In this document: positions 27,028 to 35,850 of the stretch, in pieces
Layout: every line of letters begins with the position of its first letter
Position numbering within the stretch: position 1 is the first letter of the stretch
Origin: Gemmatimonadota bacterium
GTDB lineage: Bacteria > Gemmatimonadota > Gemmatimonadetes > Gemmatimonadales > GWC2-71-9
Assembly: GCA_036679605.1 (NCBI GenBank)
Contig: JAZDCZ010000392.1
Location: forward strand, 1-41,367
Reading direction: 5' to 3'
DNA length: 41,367 nt
Position numbers and translations under genes: made by a program
The notes under the pieces: model-generated
The model's input: the letters and a program-made list of their open reading frames with translations, nothing else
Told to the model about the DNA's origin: nothing
The model's database searches: none

Positions 27028-27246
27028 TCACCATTCCAGACTCGCAGCTCCGCCGGACTTCTTGCCTTTGATGTCACAGCGGCCGGTGGATTGCCCGCAA
27101 CCTGGACATGCTCTCTCGCCATGGTGCACTCGAGTGCCACTGACAATGAAGACCTTGCCGCAGTGGGGACATTTGAACGCTGCGTTGTTCCCCTCCCAAT
27201 CCTCGTCGTGACTCAGGTTGTTAGGATCCAACTGCTTGATTGGCAT
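27028..27246 (-). CDS. Small Zn-finger-like protein (first cassette)
   Basis: 72 aa; DWEGNNAAFKCPHCGKVFIVS...CPGCG; starts 25 bp after GTTATGC. Confidence 0.65.
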   Translation of the reverse strand: MPIKQLDPNNLSHDEDWEGNNAAFKCPHCGKVFIVSGTRVHHGERACPGCGQSTGRCDIKGKKSGGAASLEW

Positions 27247-27270
27247 GATTTCCGTCCGCGGTTCGATGCG

Positions 27271-27290
27271 GCATAACTAGTGTTCTGTGA
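27271..27290 (-). other. attI-like simple site at the head of the cassette array
   Basis: Minus strand TCACAGAAC-ACTA-GTTATGC: a GTTRRRY core with a nearby AAC and no long palindrome, next to an AT-richer non-coding segment. Confidence 0.5.
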
Positions 27291-27594
27291 CTCCCGTAAC
27301 AGGCTCGCATCCTACCACAAGTCGCCTAGCGAAAATGCTGTTAAGAATGCCTCGTTAGAGTTACTCCAACAATCCCAATGACTTCAAATGTACGGTCCAC
27401 CAGAACGTTTCGTAAGATGACGCGCGGAGGGGCGAGCCGCACGGAGCATGACGGGTTTGCAAGCGGGTTATCGCAAACTGCCTGCCGGGGCGTCATCTGA
27501 GACGGCACTCATGTAACGACGCCCACATCCATCTCTCTATCCCATCTAGCCCCTCCAGCAACTATCTTGCATCGTCTTTGTCGACGGCAGCCGC

Positions 27595-29400
27595 TTGCAA
27601 CACCCGCTGATCCAACTCACTGCCATCCTCGTATTGGGGATCGGAGCGCAATGGCTGTCTTGGCGGCTCCGTCTTCCTTCAATACTGCTGCTCCTGATAG
27701 CCGGGTTCGTCGCGGGTCCGGCGACCGGCTTCCTCAAGCCGGACCTGTTGCTGGGCGACTTGTTGTTCCCGATCGTGTCACTCTCGGTAGCGATCATTCT
27801 GTTCGAAGGAGGTCTCAGTCTAGACATCGCTGAACTCCGCGAGATCGGCCGTGTGCTTGGGCGGTTGACGACAATTGGCGTAGGAGTGACCTGGTTGGGA
27901 GTCGCGTTGCTCGCTCACTTCCTACTGGGGTTCGATACAGGGCTGGCGATTCTGTTCGGGGCCATCATGGTGGTGACGGGCCCGACTGTGATCGGGCCGT
28001 TGCTGCGCCACATTCGGCCGTCAGAGCGTGTCGGGTCGGCCATCAGGTGGGAAGGGATCGTGAACGATCCCATCGGAGCCATCCTCGCGGTCCTGGTCTT
28101 CGAGGCGATCTCGGCCGGCGGTTCTGAGATCGCCGGTCCCATCGTGGGCATCATGAAGGCGGTGGGGGCGGGAGGACTGCTCGGCCTCTTGGGTGCGGGA
28201 CTGCTGGTCTTACCGCTCTGGCGGTTCTGGATTCCCGACTTCTTGCAGAACCCGGCGGCTCTCGCGGTGGCGCTCGCGACGTTCGCGCTGTCGGATTATG
28301 TGCAGCCTGAATCGGGTCTTCTGGCGGTAACGGTTATGGGGTCGGCGGTGGCAAGCCAGAAGCTGGTGGCGGTGCAGCACATCGTGGAGTTCAAAGAGAA
28401 CCTGAGAGTACTGCTCATATCGGGTCTCTTCATTGTTCTCGCGGCGCGAGTGCCACGTGAGATGCTTGGAAGCGTGCGTGTCCCCGAGATGCTGTTTCTC
28501 GCCGGACTCATCCTACTGGTAAGGCCTGCTGCGGTTGCGCTCGGCACGTGGGGAACGAAACTCACATGGAGGGAGCGCTTCCTGCTCGGCGTCATGGCGC
28601 CGCGCGGAATAGTTGCCGCCGCGGTCGCTTCCGTCTTCGCCCTGGAACTTGCCCGGCGCGGCTACCCCGGGGCGGATCGGCTCGTCTCGATCACCTTCCT
28701 CGTCATCGTCGGCACCGTGGTCGTCTATGGATTGTCTGCGGCACCAGTTGCCCGGTGGCTCGGCGTGGCATCGCCGAATCCGCAGGGTGTGCTGTTGGTC
28801 GGTGCCGATCCTTGGATCCGCTCTATCGCGCAATGCTTGTCAGAGCAGCGAGTCAAAGTTCTATTGGTCGACTCTAACTGGTCTCACGTGGCTGCTGCCC
28901 GGAGCGCAGGTCTTGTGGCGCACTATGGCAACATCCTGGACGAAGCGATGATGGATACTCTAGAGTTGGAGGGCATCGGTCGAATGATGGCCCTGACGTC
29001 GAACGATGAGGTGAACGCGCTTGCGGCACTTCATTTCGGCGAGGTCTTCGGTCGCGATAAGGTCTATCAACTGTCGCCCGAGGGGGCGGAGTCCGGGAGC
29101 CGCCGTCAAGCCATACCAAAGCATCTCCGCGGACGATTCCTGTTTGCACCGAATGCAACGTCGGCGCAACTAGTGAATCGATTTGCGGTGGGGCAGACGG
29201 TGAAGGCGACGCCGTTGACGGAGGAATTCGGATACGAGAATTTCCGAGCGCACTACGGGGATGATGCCCTTCCGCTGTTTGCCGTCAAGGACCCGGGGCA
29301 ACTGGTGATTTACGCTGCCGTCGATACGCCGAACCCCAAGGCGGGGCAGACGCTGATAAGTCTGGTCGCGGCTCATACTACGCCTATGGCGACGGAGTGA
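27595..29400 (+). CDS. Cation:proton antiporter (CPA1/NhaP-type) with C-terminal NAD-binding-like domain
   Basis: AIILFEGGL, VTGPTVI, EGIVNDPIGA, APRGIVAA; cytoplasmic LLVGA...LVDSN domain. Confidence 0.9.
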   Translation: MQHPLIQLTAILVLGIGAQWLSWRLRLPSILLLLIAGFVAGPATGFLKPDLLLGDLLFPIVSLSVAIILFEGGLSLDIAELREIGRVLGRLTTIGVGVTWLGVALLAHFLLGFDTGLAILFGAIMVVTGPTVIGPLLRHIRPSERVGSAIRWEGIVNDPIGAILAVLVFEAISAGGSEIAGPIVGIMKAVGAGGLLGLLGAGLLVLPLWRFWIPDFLQNPAALAVALATFALSDYVQPESGLLAVTVMGSAVASQKLVAVQHIVEFKENLRVLLISGLFIVLAARVPREMLGSVRVPEMLFLAGLILLVRPAAVALGTWGTKLTWRERFLLGVMAPRGIVAAAVASVFALELARRGYPGADRLVSITFLVIVGTVVVYGLSAAPVARWLGVASPNPQGVLLVGADPWIRSIAQCLSEQRVKVLLVDSNWSHVAAARSAGLVAHYGNILDEAMMDTLELEGIGRMMALTSNDEVNALAALHFGEVFGRDKVYQLSPEGAESGSRRQAIPKHLRGRFLFAPNATSAQLVNRFAVGQTVKATPLTEEFGYENFRAHYGDDALPLFAVKDPGQLVIYAAVDTPNPKAGQTLISLVAAHTTPMATE

Positions 29401-29472
29401 GAAGGGGAACTGAACGTAGTCGGCAACGGTTACACAGGTACGGTGAAACGCATTCCTCGGCAAAGGGATACC

Positions 29473-30528
29473 ATGATTCGGACTCTCCGCCTCGTTACTG
29501 CATTGGCAGTCTGCACGACGCTCGTCGCGCCGGTCGAGGCGCAGAACGTTACCGGCACCGTGATAGACGATATGACGCAACAACCGCTGGGTGAAGCAAC
29601 GGTCCGGCTTTTGGTGGGAGCCGCGGATGCACCGGCTACGGCCCAAACCGACACCAGCGGGCTGTTCTCGCTTGGCCTACCCGAAGCCAGCACTTATACG
29701 CTACGGGTTGCAGCTCCAGGTTACGAGACGGTCATGTTTGGGAACCTGGCGCTTTCGGCGGGCCAATTCCTCAAGATTTTCTTGCAGCCTGCCGCTCCGG
29801 GCGCAGCAGTCGGTGGCGTTGTGCTCGACGACAGCACCGGACGCGCTTTACCCCGCATCTCCGTCATGTTGTTGGACCCGGAAGGGAAAGTTCGCAGCCG
29901 CACGATAAGCGACTCCAGCGGAAGCTACTCGCTAGTGGTACCGGGGCCCGGCACATACTCACTGAGATCAGACGCGGGTATCCACGGGGCGATCGTAACC
30001 CCGCCATTCCGGATCGAGGAAGGGAAGAACCCCGATGTCGAGTTGCGGGTTTCCCAGCGCGAGGTAACCCAACTGGAGCAGGTCACGGTGACCGGGGAGT
30101 CGGTACGGATTGCGGCCGGCCCGATAGCGGAATTCTATGAGCGTGCGGAACGTGGGTGGGGAGAATTCATCACGCGCGAGGACATCGAGAAAAAGAGTCC
30201 CTTCAACTTCACCGGGGCACTGCGACTCACAGGGAGCGTCAGAGTCGTTCGTATGAGGAGCTCACCGGGCGGTCAGCCACACTATACGATAAGATTCAAG
30301 GGCGTGAGCGGACGGTCGACCGGAAACGCCTGCGCTCCTATCCTGTATCTGGATGGTGCCAAGCTGGGCTCCATCGATGATGCGGAAGAAGGTGGCCCCG
30401 ACTTGTTGATTAACCCGGCTGACCTGGAGGGTATCGAGCTATACCGCCCGTCGGCGGTGCCCCCGCAGTTCAGCGGGAGTGACGCTAGTTGTGGGGTGAT
30501 CGTGGTCTGGACTAAGCGTACGAAGTAG
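29473..30528 (+). CDS. Secreted protein with two carboxypeptidase-regulatory-like domains and a TonB-receptor plug-like domain
   Basis: Signal peptide; two G.V.DD.T..PL repeats; LEQVTVTG, YLDG, IELY, CGVIVVWTK; no beta-barrel. Confidence 0.75.
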   Translation: MIRTLRLVTALAVCTTLVAPVEAQNVTGTVIDDMTQQPLGEATVRLLVGAADAPATAQTDTSGLFSLGLPEASTYTLRVAAPGYETVMFGNLALSAGQFLKIFLQPAAPGAAVGGVVLDDSTGRALPRISVMLLDPEGKVRSRTISDSSGSYSLVVPGPGTYSLRSDAGIHGAIVTPPFRIEEGKNPDVELRVSQREVTQLEQVTVTGESVRIAAGPIAEFYERAERGWGEFITREDIEKKSPFNFTGALRLTGSVRVVRMRSSPGGQPHYTIRFKGVSGRSTGNACAPILYLDGAKLGSIDDAEEGGPDLLINPADLEGIELYRPSAVPPQFSGSDASCGVIVVWTKRTK

Positions 30529-30579
30529 CATGGGGTAGCAATCACTCGGTCCGTGACAACGAAACCAAATCCGATCACC

Positions 30580-30870
30580 ACGGCTCTCGAACGGGGACAC
30601 ACCGGTGATGCGGCGATAGTGCTCGAACCCACCGAACTTATGGTTGCACCCGCTCAGGCCGGCGCGTTGAACTTTCGGCTGACCGTGACCGGCAAGGCGG
30701 CCCACGGGGCGCTCAGAAGTGAAGGGGTCGACCCGATCGACAAGTTCACCGTCGTCTTCAAGGCGATGAGAGAGTTCGAGGGTCGTAGGAACGAGGGCGT
30801 GGAGGACCCTCTCTTCTCTCCGTACGAACTGCCGTACGCACTGTGCGTCGGAACGTTACGCGCCGGACGA
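30580..30870 (+). pseudogene. Internal fragment of an M20 (ArgE/DapE-like) peptidase/deacetylase
   Basis: DAAIVLEPT...FRLTVTGKAAHG...GVDPI...VGTLRAG dimerisation-domain motifs; both termini are missing. Confidence 0.7.
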
Positions 30871-31079
30871 GTTCGTTCCCGTGAGTGATCTAGCTGTGGC
30901 GACGCAGGCTGTGGCTTTGACGATCCTTCGATTCTGCGGGGTTCGGACCTAGGCCCAAAGCTGTTCACGCTCTTCATTCTTTTTGGGGATGAGGTATGCC
31001 CCACCTTTGTTTTCCTGTTGCCGGCCGGCCCTGATACGCGCCGCTCATGGCCCAATTCGTCATGCCATGCCAGTCGGGC

Positions 31080-31109
31080 TTGTGCTAGCATGATAGCCGG
31101 GCTATCATG
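31080..31109 (+). promoter_or_regulatory. higBA promoter with palindromic operator
   Basis: TTGTGC (31080-31085), 17 bp, TATCAT (31103-31108); perfect inverted repeat CATGATAGCC-G-GGCTATCATG (31089-31109); ATG at 31114. Confidence 0.75.
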
Positions 31110-31113
31110 ATAT

Positions 31114-31407
31114 ATGATCCGTTCCTTCGGCGATCGGGGCACGGAGGATGTCTTTGAGGGTCGGGACTCGCGTCCGGCGAGGCAGGCGTGTCCGTCATCC
31201 CTGTGGTCCGTTGCCGCGCGGAAGCTGGAGCAACTCGACTCGGTGGCAAGGCTCGGGGAGCTGCGGGTGCCGCCGGGGAATCGCCTCGAGGCGCTGAAGG
31301 GACGGCGGCTGGGCCAGCACAGCATCCGGATCAACCAGCAGTACCGGATTTGTTTTCGGTGGAAGCCGGCTGGGCCGGAGGCGGTTGAGATTGTGGACTA
31401 CCATTAA
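31114..31407 (+). CDS. higB: HigB (RelE-like) toxin
   Basis: MIRSFGDRGTEDVF...LRVPPGNRLEALKG...QHSIRINQQYRICFRW...VEIVDYH. Confidence 0.93.
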   Translation: MIRSFGDRGTEDVFEGRDSRPARQACPSSLWSVAARKLEQLDSVARLGELRVPPGNRLEALKGRRLGQHSIRINQQYRICFRWKPAGPEAVEIVDYH

Positions 31408-31419
31408 CTAGGCGGGAGT

Positions 31420-31719
31420 ATGGTTCGCGTTCCCACACATCGTGCACCGACGCACCCCGGTGCGATGCTGCTCCTGGAGTTTCTGGAGCCGATGGGCCTC
31501 ACGCAGCGTGAGTTGGCGGAGGCGATCCGAGTACCGTATCAGCGGGTGAACGAACTTGTGAACGGGCGTCGAGGTATCACGCCCAGTACGGCGTTGCGGC
31601 TCGCGAAGTTTTTTGGCATGACTCCCGATTTCTGGATGAATCTACAGCTGCGGTGGGATCTGTATCATGCGCGGGCGGAGGAATCATCGGACCTGGCGAA
31701 GATTCGCGCGCGGAACTAA
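31420..31719 (+). CDS. higA: HigA HTH antitoxin
   Basis: PTHPG.ML..EFLEPMGLTQ...RGITPSTALRLAKFFGMTPDFWMNLQ. Confidence 0.93.
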   Translation: MVRVPTHRAPTHPGAMLLLEFLEPMGLTQRELAEAIRVPYQRVNELVNGRRGITPSTALRLAKFFGMTPDFWMNLQLRWDLYHARAEESSDLAKIRARN

Positions 31720-31833
31720 CCATGGCTGAGGCCTCCGCCAAAGGGGTCATGCAGGAAGCGGTTTGGAACGGTGGCGAGCGGGCGCCGACAGTAGATTTGC
31801 TAATCAGTTAGACAGCATGCCGGGAGCTGAAGT

Positions 31834-32361
31834 ATGGTGGTGCTGAGAGCCACACAGAAGGTGCTACGAACGCTTCCACCTCCATCCCCAACGCACGATG
31901 CATCCGACACTGCGTTAGGCGATTGGTACGTGAATCGAATCGTGGTCGACCGACGGCCGTTGCTTCTGCTCGTGAGTTCCCGTTCTCTCCTTGCCCTGCT
32001 GGAGCCGGCTCGCAACGTGCGAGCGCTCCCGAGCCGCCTCGCAACGATGGTTGCTCAGCGGCTACGGCATCTCGGCATCACGAGTGAGCTGATCGACGCC
32101 GAAGTCACCGCGATGAAGCCGGTGCTGGTCGGGCCCACTCGAGATCGCTCCGTCTTGGGCTCGATCGTTGATTTTGCGAAGAGCATTCCGTTCTATCTAA
32201 CACGCGGCGACTGGGACACGACGACCCTGCCGTTCGTCGAAGCCCGCTTGGGCGAAATGCCATGCCGCGTGACCGGTCGATTCGAGGACACGATCTTTCC
32301 CAGTCGAATGGCGCTGCAGTTGCTTGAGGAGCGTTGGTCTTCGGATGTCCCTACGTCATGA
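31834..32361 (+). CDS. Hypothetical protein (DUF6933-like)
   Basis: MVVLRATQKVL...ALGDWYVN...TRDRSVLGS; preceded by GTTAGAC (31807-31813). Confidence 0.6.
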   Translation: MVVLRATQKVLRTLPPPSPTHDASDTALGDWYVNRIVVDRRPLLLLVSSRSLLALLEPARNVRALPSRLATMVAQRLRHLGITSELIDAEVTAMKPVLVGPTRDRSVLGSIVDFAKSIPFYLTRGDWDTTTLPFVEARLGEMPCRVTGRFEDTIFPSRMALQLLEERWSSDVPTS

Positions 32362-32382
32362 CGGCCCTATCGCGGCCACAGA

Positions 32383-33021
32383 TCATGTTTTGGCTTCCGT
32401 GTTATCAAGCCGCAGATCCCTCAAGTAGTATGCGAAGACTGCGCCTGCGATCCCAGCAGCCGTGAGCGCTTTTAGGCCAAATCGGACGGTGAGTTCATCA
32501 CCCAGAAAATTATAAACGAGAGTGGTCAAGACCCCGATCACCACACACGCGCAAACAAACAGCGTCAGGTAGGTCAGTTTTCGCCGAACCTCGGAAACGC
32601 GTCTGCTTGGATCCAGGCGAATTTCCCGCCCGATCAACCGTGAGGTATAGAAAAAGACCGGTAACGCGACGACGAGGATGGACACGGGCCAACGTATCGC
32701 CTCTCCTAGCGCGATTGCTGTCCCTCCGGACAGTGGGAAGGCCCGGTCGATGAACTGGAACAGCAAGCTCCCCAGGTTGAATGCGCTCAGGTACATCGTG
32801 GTGAAGAGCACGAAGTACAGGAACACCTCGCGTGCCTCCACGTAAGGTCGCGGCCTCGGGATGGGAATTGGGAATGTCATGTCAGCGAACGCAGCCAACG
32901 CACCTCTTATCTGTGCGGTGCTCCAGCCCGCTTTTAGAAGAACATCCTCGATCTGTGGGCGCGGAACACCTTGCTTCAAGGCATCATGGACAAAGGTGCT
33001 GAGTTCGTCTCCGGATGTCAT
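32383..33021 (-). CDS. Membrane protein (DUF5671-like)
   Basis: AAGGAG RBS; LLKAGW, PRPRPY, RRKLTYLTLF motifs; about four TM segments. Confidence 0.7.
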   Translation of the reverse strand: MTSGDELSTFVHDALKQGVPRPQIEDVLLKAGWSTAQIRGALAAFADMTFPIPIPRPRPYVEAREVFLYFVLFTTMYLSAFNLGSLLFQFIDRAFPLSGGTAIALGEAIRWPVSILVVALPVFFYTSRLIGREIRLDPSRRVSEVRRKLTYLTLFVCACVVIGVLTTLVYNFLGDELTVRFGLKALTAAGIAGAVFAYYLRDLRLDNTEAKT

Positions 33022-33405
33022 TTTCTGTTCTCCTTGAAGCGGGGGTTACAGCCATGACCGTCTGGCTAACGGCTCTTCAAGTGACTGAGAGCGACCCCTG
33101 CCCCAGTGGCTGATGCGAAACGTACGTTGATCTGGCACCGCGTAGCGGGCAGTCATGCCTTGAGGGAGGAGTACATCGGTTTCCAGGTGATCGACGACGG
33201 CGTGTCGAACCGTTTCCTCTTGAGGTTACTGCAACAATCCCAGAGCTTCAAAGATACGAGCGACTGGAGCACTTGGTAAGGTGCTGCTTGGAGGAGCAGG
33301 CCACACGCCGGGGTGGACGGCATCAGGCTTCCCGGACGGCTAACTTACCCAGCTCTAAACTACGAACGGACACACTCACAGTTTTCGAACGAAGGCACTG
33401 GAGAC

Positions 33406-34779
33406 ATGAGACAAGTCACGCGTATTTGGTTGACCCTGGTCGCCCTTGCGATCGCGGCCCCTGTAGCGGCACAAGAGATCCCCACGGACGCCGCGATCCG
33501 CACGATCCTGGAGGAACGCCTCGCGGCGACCCCCACGGTGGGCATCGTCGTCGGCATTGTCGACGCAACGGGGGCGCAACGTATTATCGCACACGGATAC
33601 TCCGGCACGGCCCGAGCGCTCGACGAGCGATCCGTGTTCGAGATTGGCTCTATCACCAAGGTGTTCACGACGTCGGTGCTGGCCCTGATGGTCGCCGCAG
33701 GTGAGGTCGGTCTGGACGATCCAGTCGCCAGCTACCTTTCTGCTTCCGTCACGGTGCCGAGTCGAGGGGGCAAATCCATCACCTTGGGCCTCCTTGCGAC
33801 ACAGTCGTCAGGTCTGCCACGTATGCCCACCAACTTCCAGCCGGCAGATCCGAACAATCCCTATGCCGACTACACGGTCGAACAGATGTACGAGTTCATC
33901 TCCGACGTTTCTCTCACGCGCGACCCCGGTGCCGAGTACGAGTATTCGAATCTTGGTGTCGGATTGCTCGGTCACGTACTGGCACTCCGCGCCGAATCAT
34001 CGTACGAAGCGCTGGTCACTGAACGCGTTCTGTCTCCACTCGGCATGCATGACACGCGCATCGCGCTCAATGACGACATGCAAGAGCGACTCGCCCTCGG
34101 CCACAATCAAGGCGGTGAGGTCGTGTCCAACTGGGACTTCCCCACCCTCGCCGGTGCAGGCGCGTTGCGTTCGACCGTCGTCGACATGCTCAAGTTTATC
34201 CACGCCAATCTCACACCGTCCGCATCTTCCATCTCGGGTGCGCTGGCCCTGACGCACGGCGAGCGGGTCAAGACCGGACAGGGCACGATGACCGTCGGGC
34301 TTGGGTGGCATCGCCGGGCGACCTCAAATGGCGGGGTCACCGTCTGGCACAACGGGGGAACCGGCGGCTACCGCACATGGGCCGGGTTCGACGCTGAGCG
34401 TCAGATCGGCGCGGTCGTGCTGCACAATTCCGCGCGAAGTGTGGACGACATCGGATTCCATATCCTAGACTCCGAGTTTCCTCTTGCCGACGCTCCGCAG
34501 GTTCGCACCGAAGTCTCGGTCGAACCCGCGGTGCTCGAGACCTACGTCGGCGAGTACGAACTCGCGCCACAGTTCGTCATCACGATAACGCGTGACAACG
34601 ATCAACTCTTGTTGCAAGCCACCGGGCAGCCGCGGTTTCCGATCTTCGCTGAGTCCCAGACGAAGTTTTTTCTGAAGGCCGTCGAGGCACAGATTACCTT
34701 TGAACTGGATGACGACCACCGAGTGACTGGATTGGTGCTGCATCAGAACGGTCAGAACGTCCCGGGAAAGAGACGCTAG
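33406..34779 (+). CDS. Serine hydrolase (beta-lactamase class C-like) with C-terminal DUF3471-like domain
   Basis: Signal peptide; FEIGSITK, YSN, WHNGGTGG; C-terminal YVGEY...FFLK...LHQNG. Confidence 0.9.
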   Translation: MRQVTRIWLTLVALAIAAPVAAQEIPTDAAIRTILEERLAATPTVGIVVGIVDATGAQRIIAHGYSGTARALDERSVFEIGSITKVFTTSVLALMVAAGEVGLDDPVASYLSASVTVPSRGGKSITLGLLATQSSGLPRMPTNFQPADPNNPYADYTVEQMYEFISDVSLTRDPGAEYEYSNLGVGLLGHVLALRAESSYEALVTERVLSPLGMHDTRIALNDDMQERLALGHNQGGEVVSNWDFPTLAGAGALRSTVVDMLKFIHANLTPSASSISGALALTHGERVKTGQGTMTVGLGWHRRATSNGGVTVWHNGGTGGYRTWAGFDAERQIGAVVLHNSARSVDDIGFHILDSEFPLADAPQVRTEVSVEPAVLETYVGEYELAPQFVITITRDNDQLLLQATGQPRFPIFAESQTKFFLKAVEAQITFELDDDHRVTGLVLHQNGQNVPGKRR

Positions 34780-34791
34780 GTAGACCGAAGG

Positions 34792-35190
34792 TCAGATGCG
34801 CTGCCGCAGATATTGCGCGGGCGATAGAATCATGACACCGGTGACTGTCGCACCGAAATACTTGCCGAAGTGGCGCACGTCACCGGTGATGAGATGCGTG
34901 GCATTCGCGTGTACGGCGCCGGCCAGAATTGGCCAGTCGTTCTCTGGAAGTTCGATCGTTTCGTCCAGCTCGATCCGCAGTGTGACGCGCGGCGAGATCT
35001 CGACATCTGCCAATAGCTGACTCAGGCGTGCCCGCTGGTCAGTGTCATTCAGATTCCGCCGAGCCTCTTCGGCTGCGTAGGCAGACGTCAGCAGCCGGAT
35101 ATCAGGAATTTTCCAGAGGCTCTGTAACCCGGCAACTGGTGCATAAGCAGCTGAAAACAGAACGTTGGCGTCGAGAAACAGACGGTCCAC
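34792..35190 (-). CDS. vapC: PIN-domain toxin
   Basis: LFLDANVLFS, EEARRN, D.PIL, LITGD..HF; GTG start. Confidence 0.85.
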   Translation of the reverse strand: MDRLFLDANVLFSAAYAPVAGLQSLWKIPDIRLLTSAYAAEEARRNLNDTDQRARLSQLLADVEISPRVTLRIELDETIELPENDWPILAGAVHANATHLITGDVRHFGKYFGATVTGVMILSPAQYLRQRI

Positions 35191-35201
35191 GGGACCGCGA
35201 A

Positions 35202-35492
35202 TCAGGGATGTTGATGGGGAACGGCGGCGGGATCGAGCCCCAACTGCTTCACTTCCTTAACGGCGCGTGCATAGTCGTCGTCATCCACGGCGTTGGAAAG
35301 GAGAAATTCTGCCTTCCGTTCCGCCGCATACACCTCCAGCGGCAGTGTCACCGCAGGTCGGATCAGGATTCCCTCATCCGTTTCCTCGGCGATCACCGCA
35401 GAGCCTTCACGTAGGCCAAAAATCCGTCTAAGACTCGAAGGGATCACGAAGGACCCCCGTTTACCGATGCGACTGGGCTCAGACACTCTCAT
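35202..35492 (-). CDS. vapB: AbrB/MazE-type antitoxin
   Basis: RIGKRGSFVIPSSLRRIFGLREG...EGILIRP; GGAGG RBS before ATG 35492. Confidence 0.8.
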   Translation of the reverse strand: MRVSEPSRIGKRGSFVIPSSLRRIFGLREGSAVIAEETDEGILIRPAVTLPLEVYAAERKAEFLLSNAVDDDDYARAVKEVKQLGLDPAAVPHQHP

Positions 35493-35505
35493 TGCGTACC
35501 TCCGT

Positions 35506-35540
35506 ATATCAGAATAGCTGATATTCAGACTTTCTGTCAA
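35506..35540 (-). promoter_or_regulatory. vapBC promoter with inverted-repeat operator
   Basis: Minus strand TTGACA, 18 bp, TATTCT; inverted repeat ATATCAG/CTGATAT (35506-35524) overlapping the -10. Confidence 0.7.
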
Positions 35541-35850
35541 GGAGGTGCGGGGTGATGCCAAAAGCCAGCGATTTACGCTGTTTCGAACTGGAAACCGTAG
35601 AACTCCGGGTTTAGAGGATCGGGCAAACCGTCCCGGCGCACGCTCGTCGAGGTAATCGACCCCGGCTGAAGGTGGGTGTGGTATCGAGCTTCAGCATGGT
35701 CGGCTCCTCTTCGGGCAGAAGACATGGGGGCGCGGTGTCAGAACCAACAAACATGGCGTCGCTAGAGTGATTAGGTCATGAAGGAATTATGAAGCCCCAT
35801 GGGGTGGTGGCTCGCGCTATCTTATTGATCCCTTTTCGACGAGCAATAAA

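Noticed and set aside
21900..27300. CRISPR array, or a DGR template/variable repeat pair, as the explanation for the repeats
   Set aside because: No regularly spaced identical repeats, no cas or reverse transcriptase gene, and the mismatches in the 271-bp duplicate are not clearly adenine-specific.
33071..33330. Possible minus-strand pseudogene between two GGCTAAC motifs
   Set aside because: The frame has an internal stop and no recognisable homology.
35611..35710. Short minus-strand ORF with a good RBS (MLKLDTTPTF...)
   Set aside because: Only 28 codons with no recognisable motif; cannot be distinguished from chance or a remnant.
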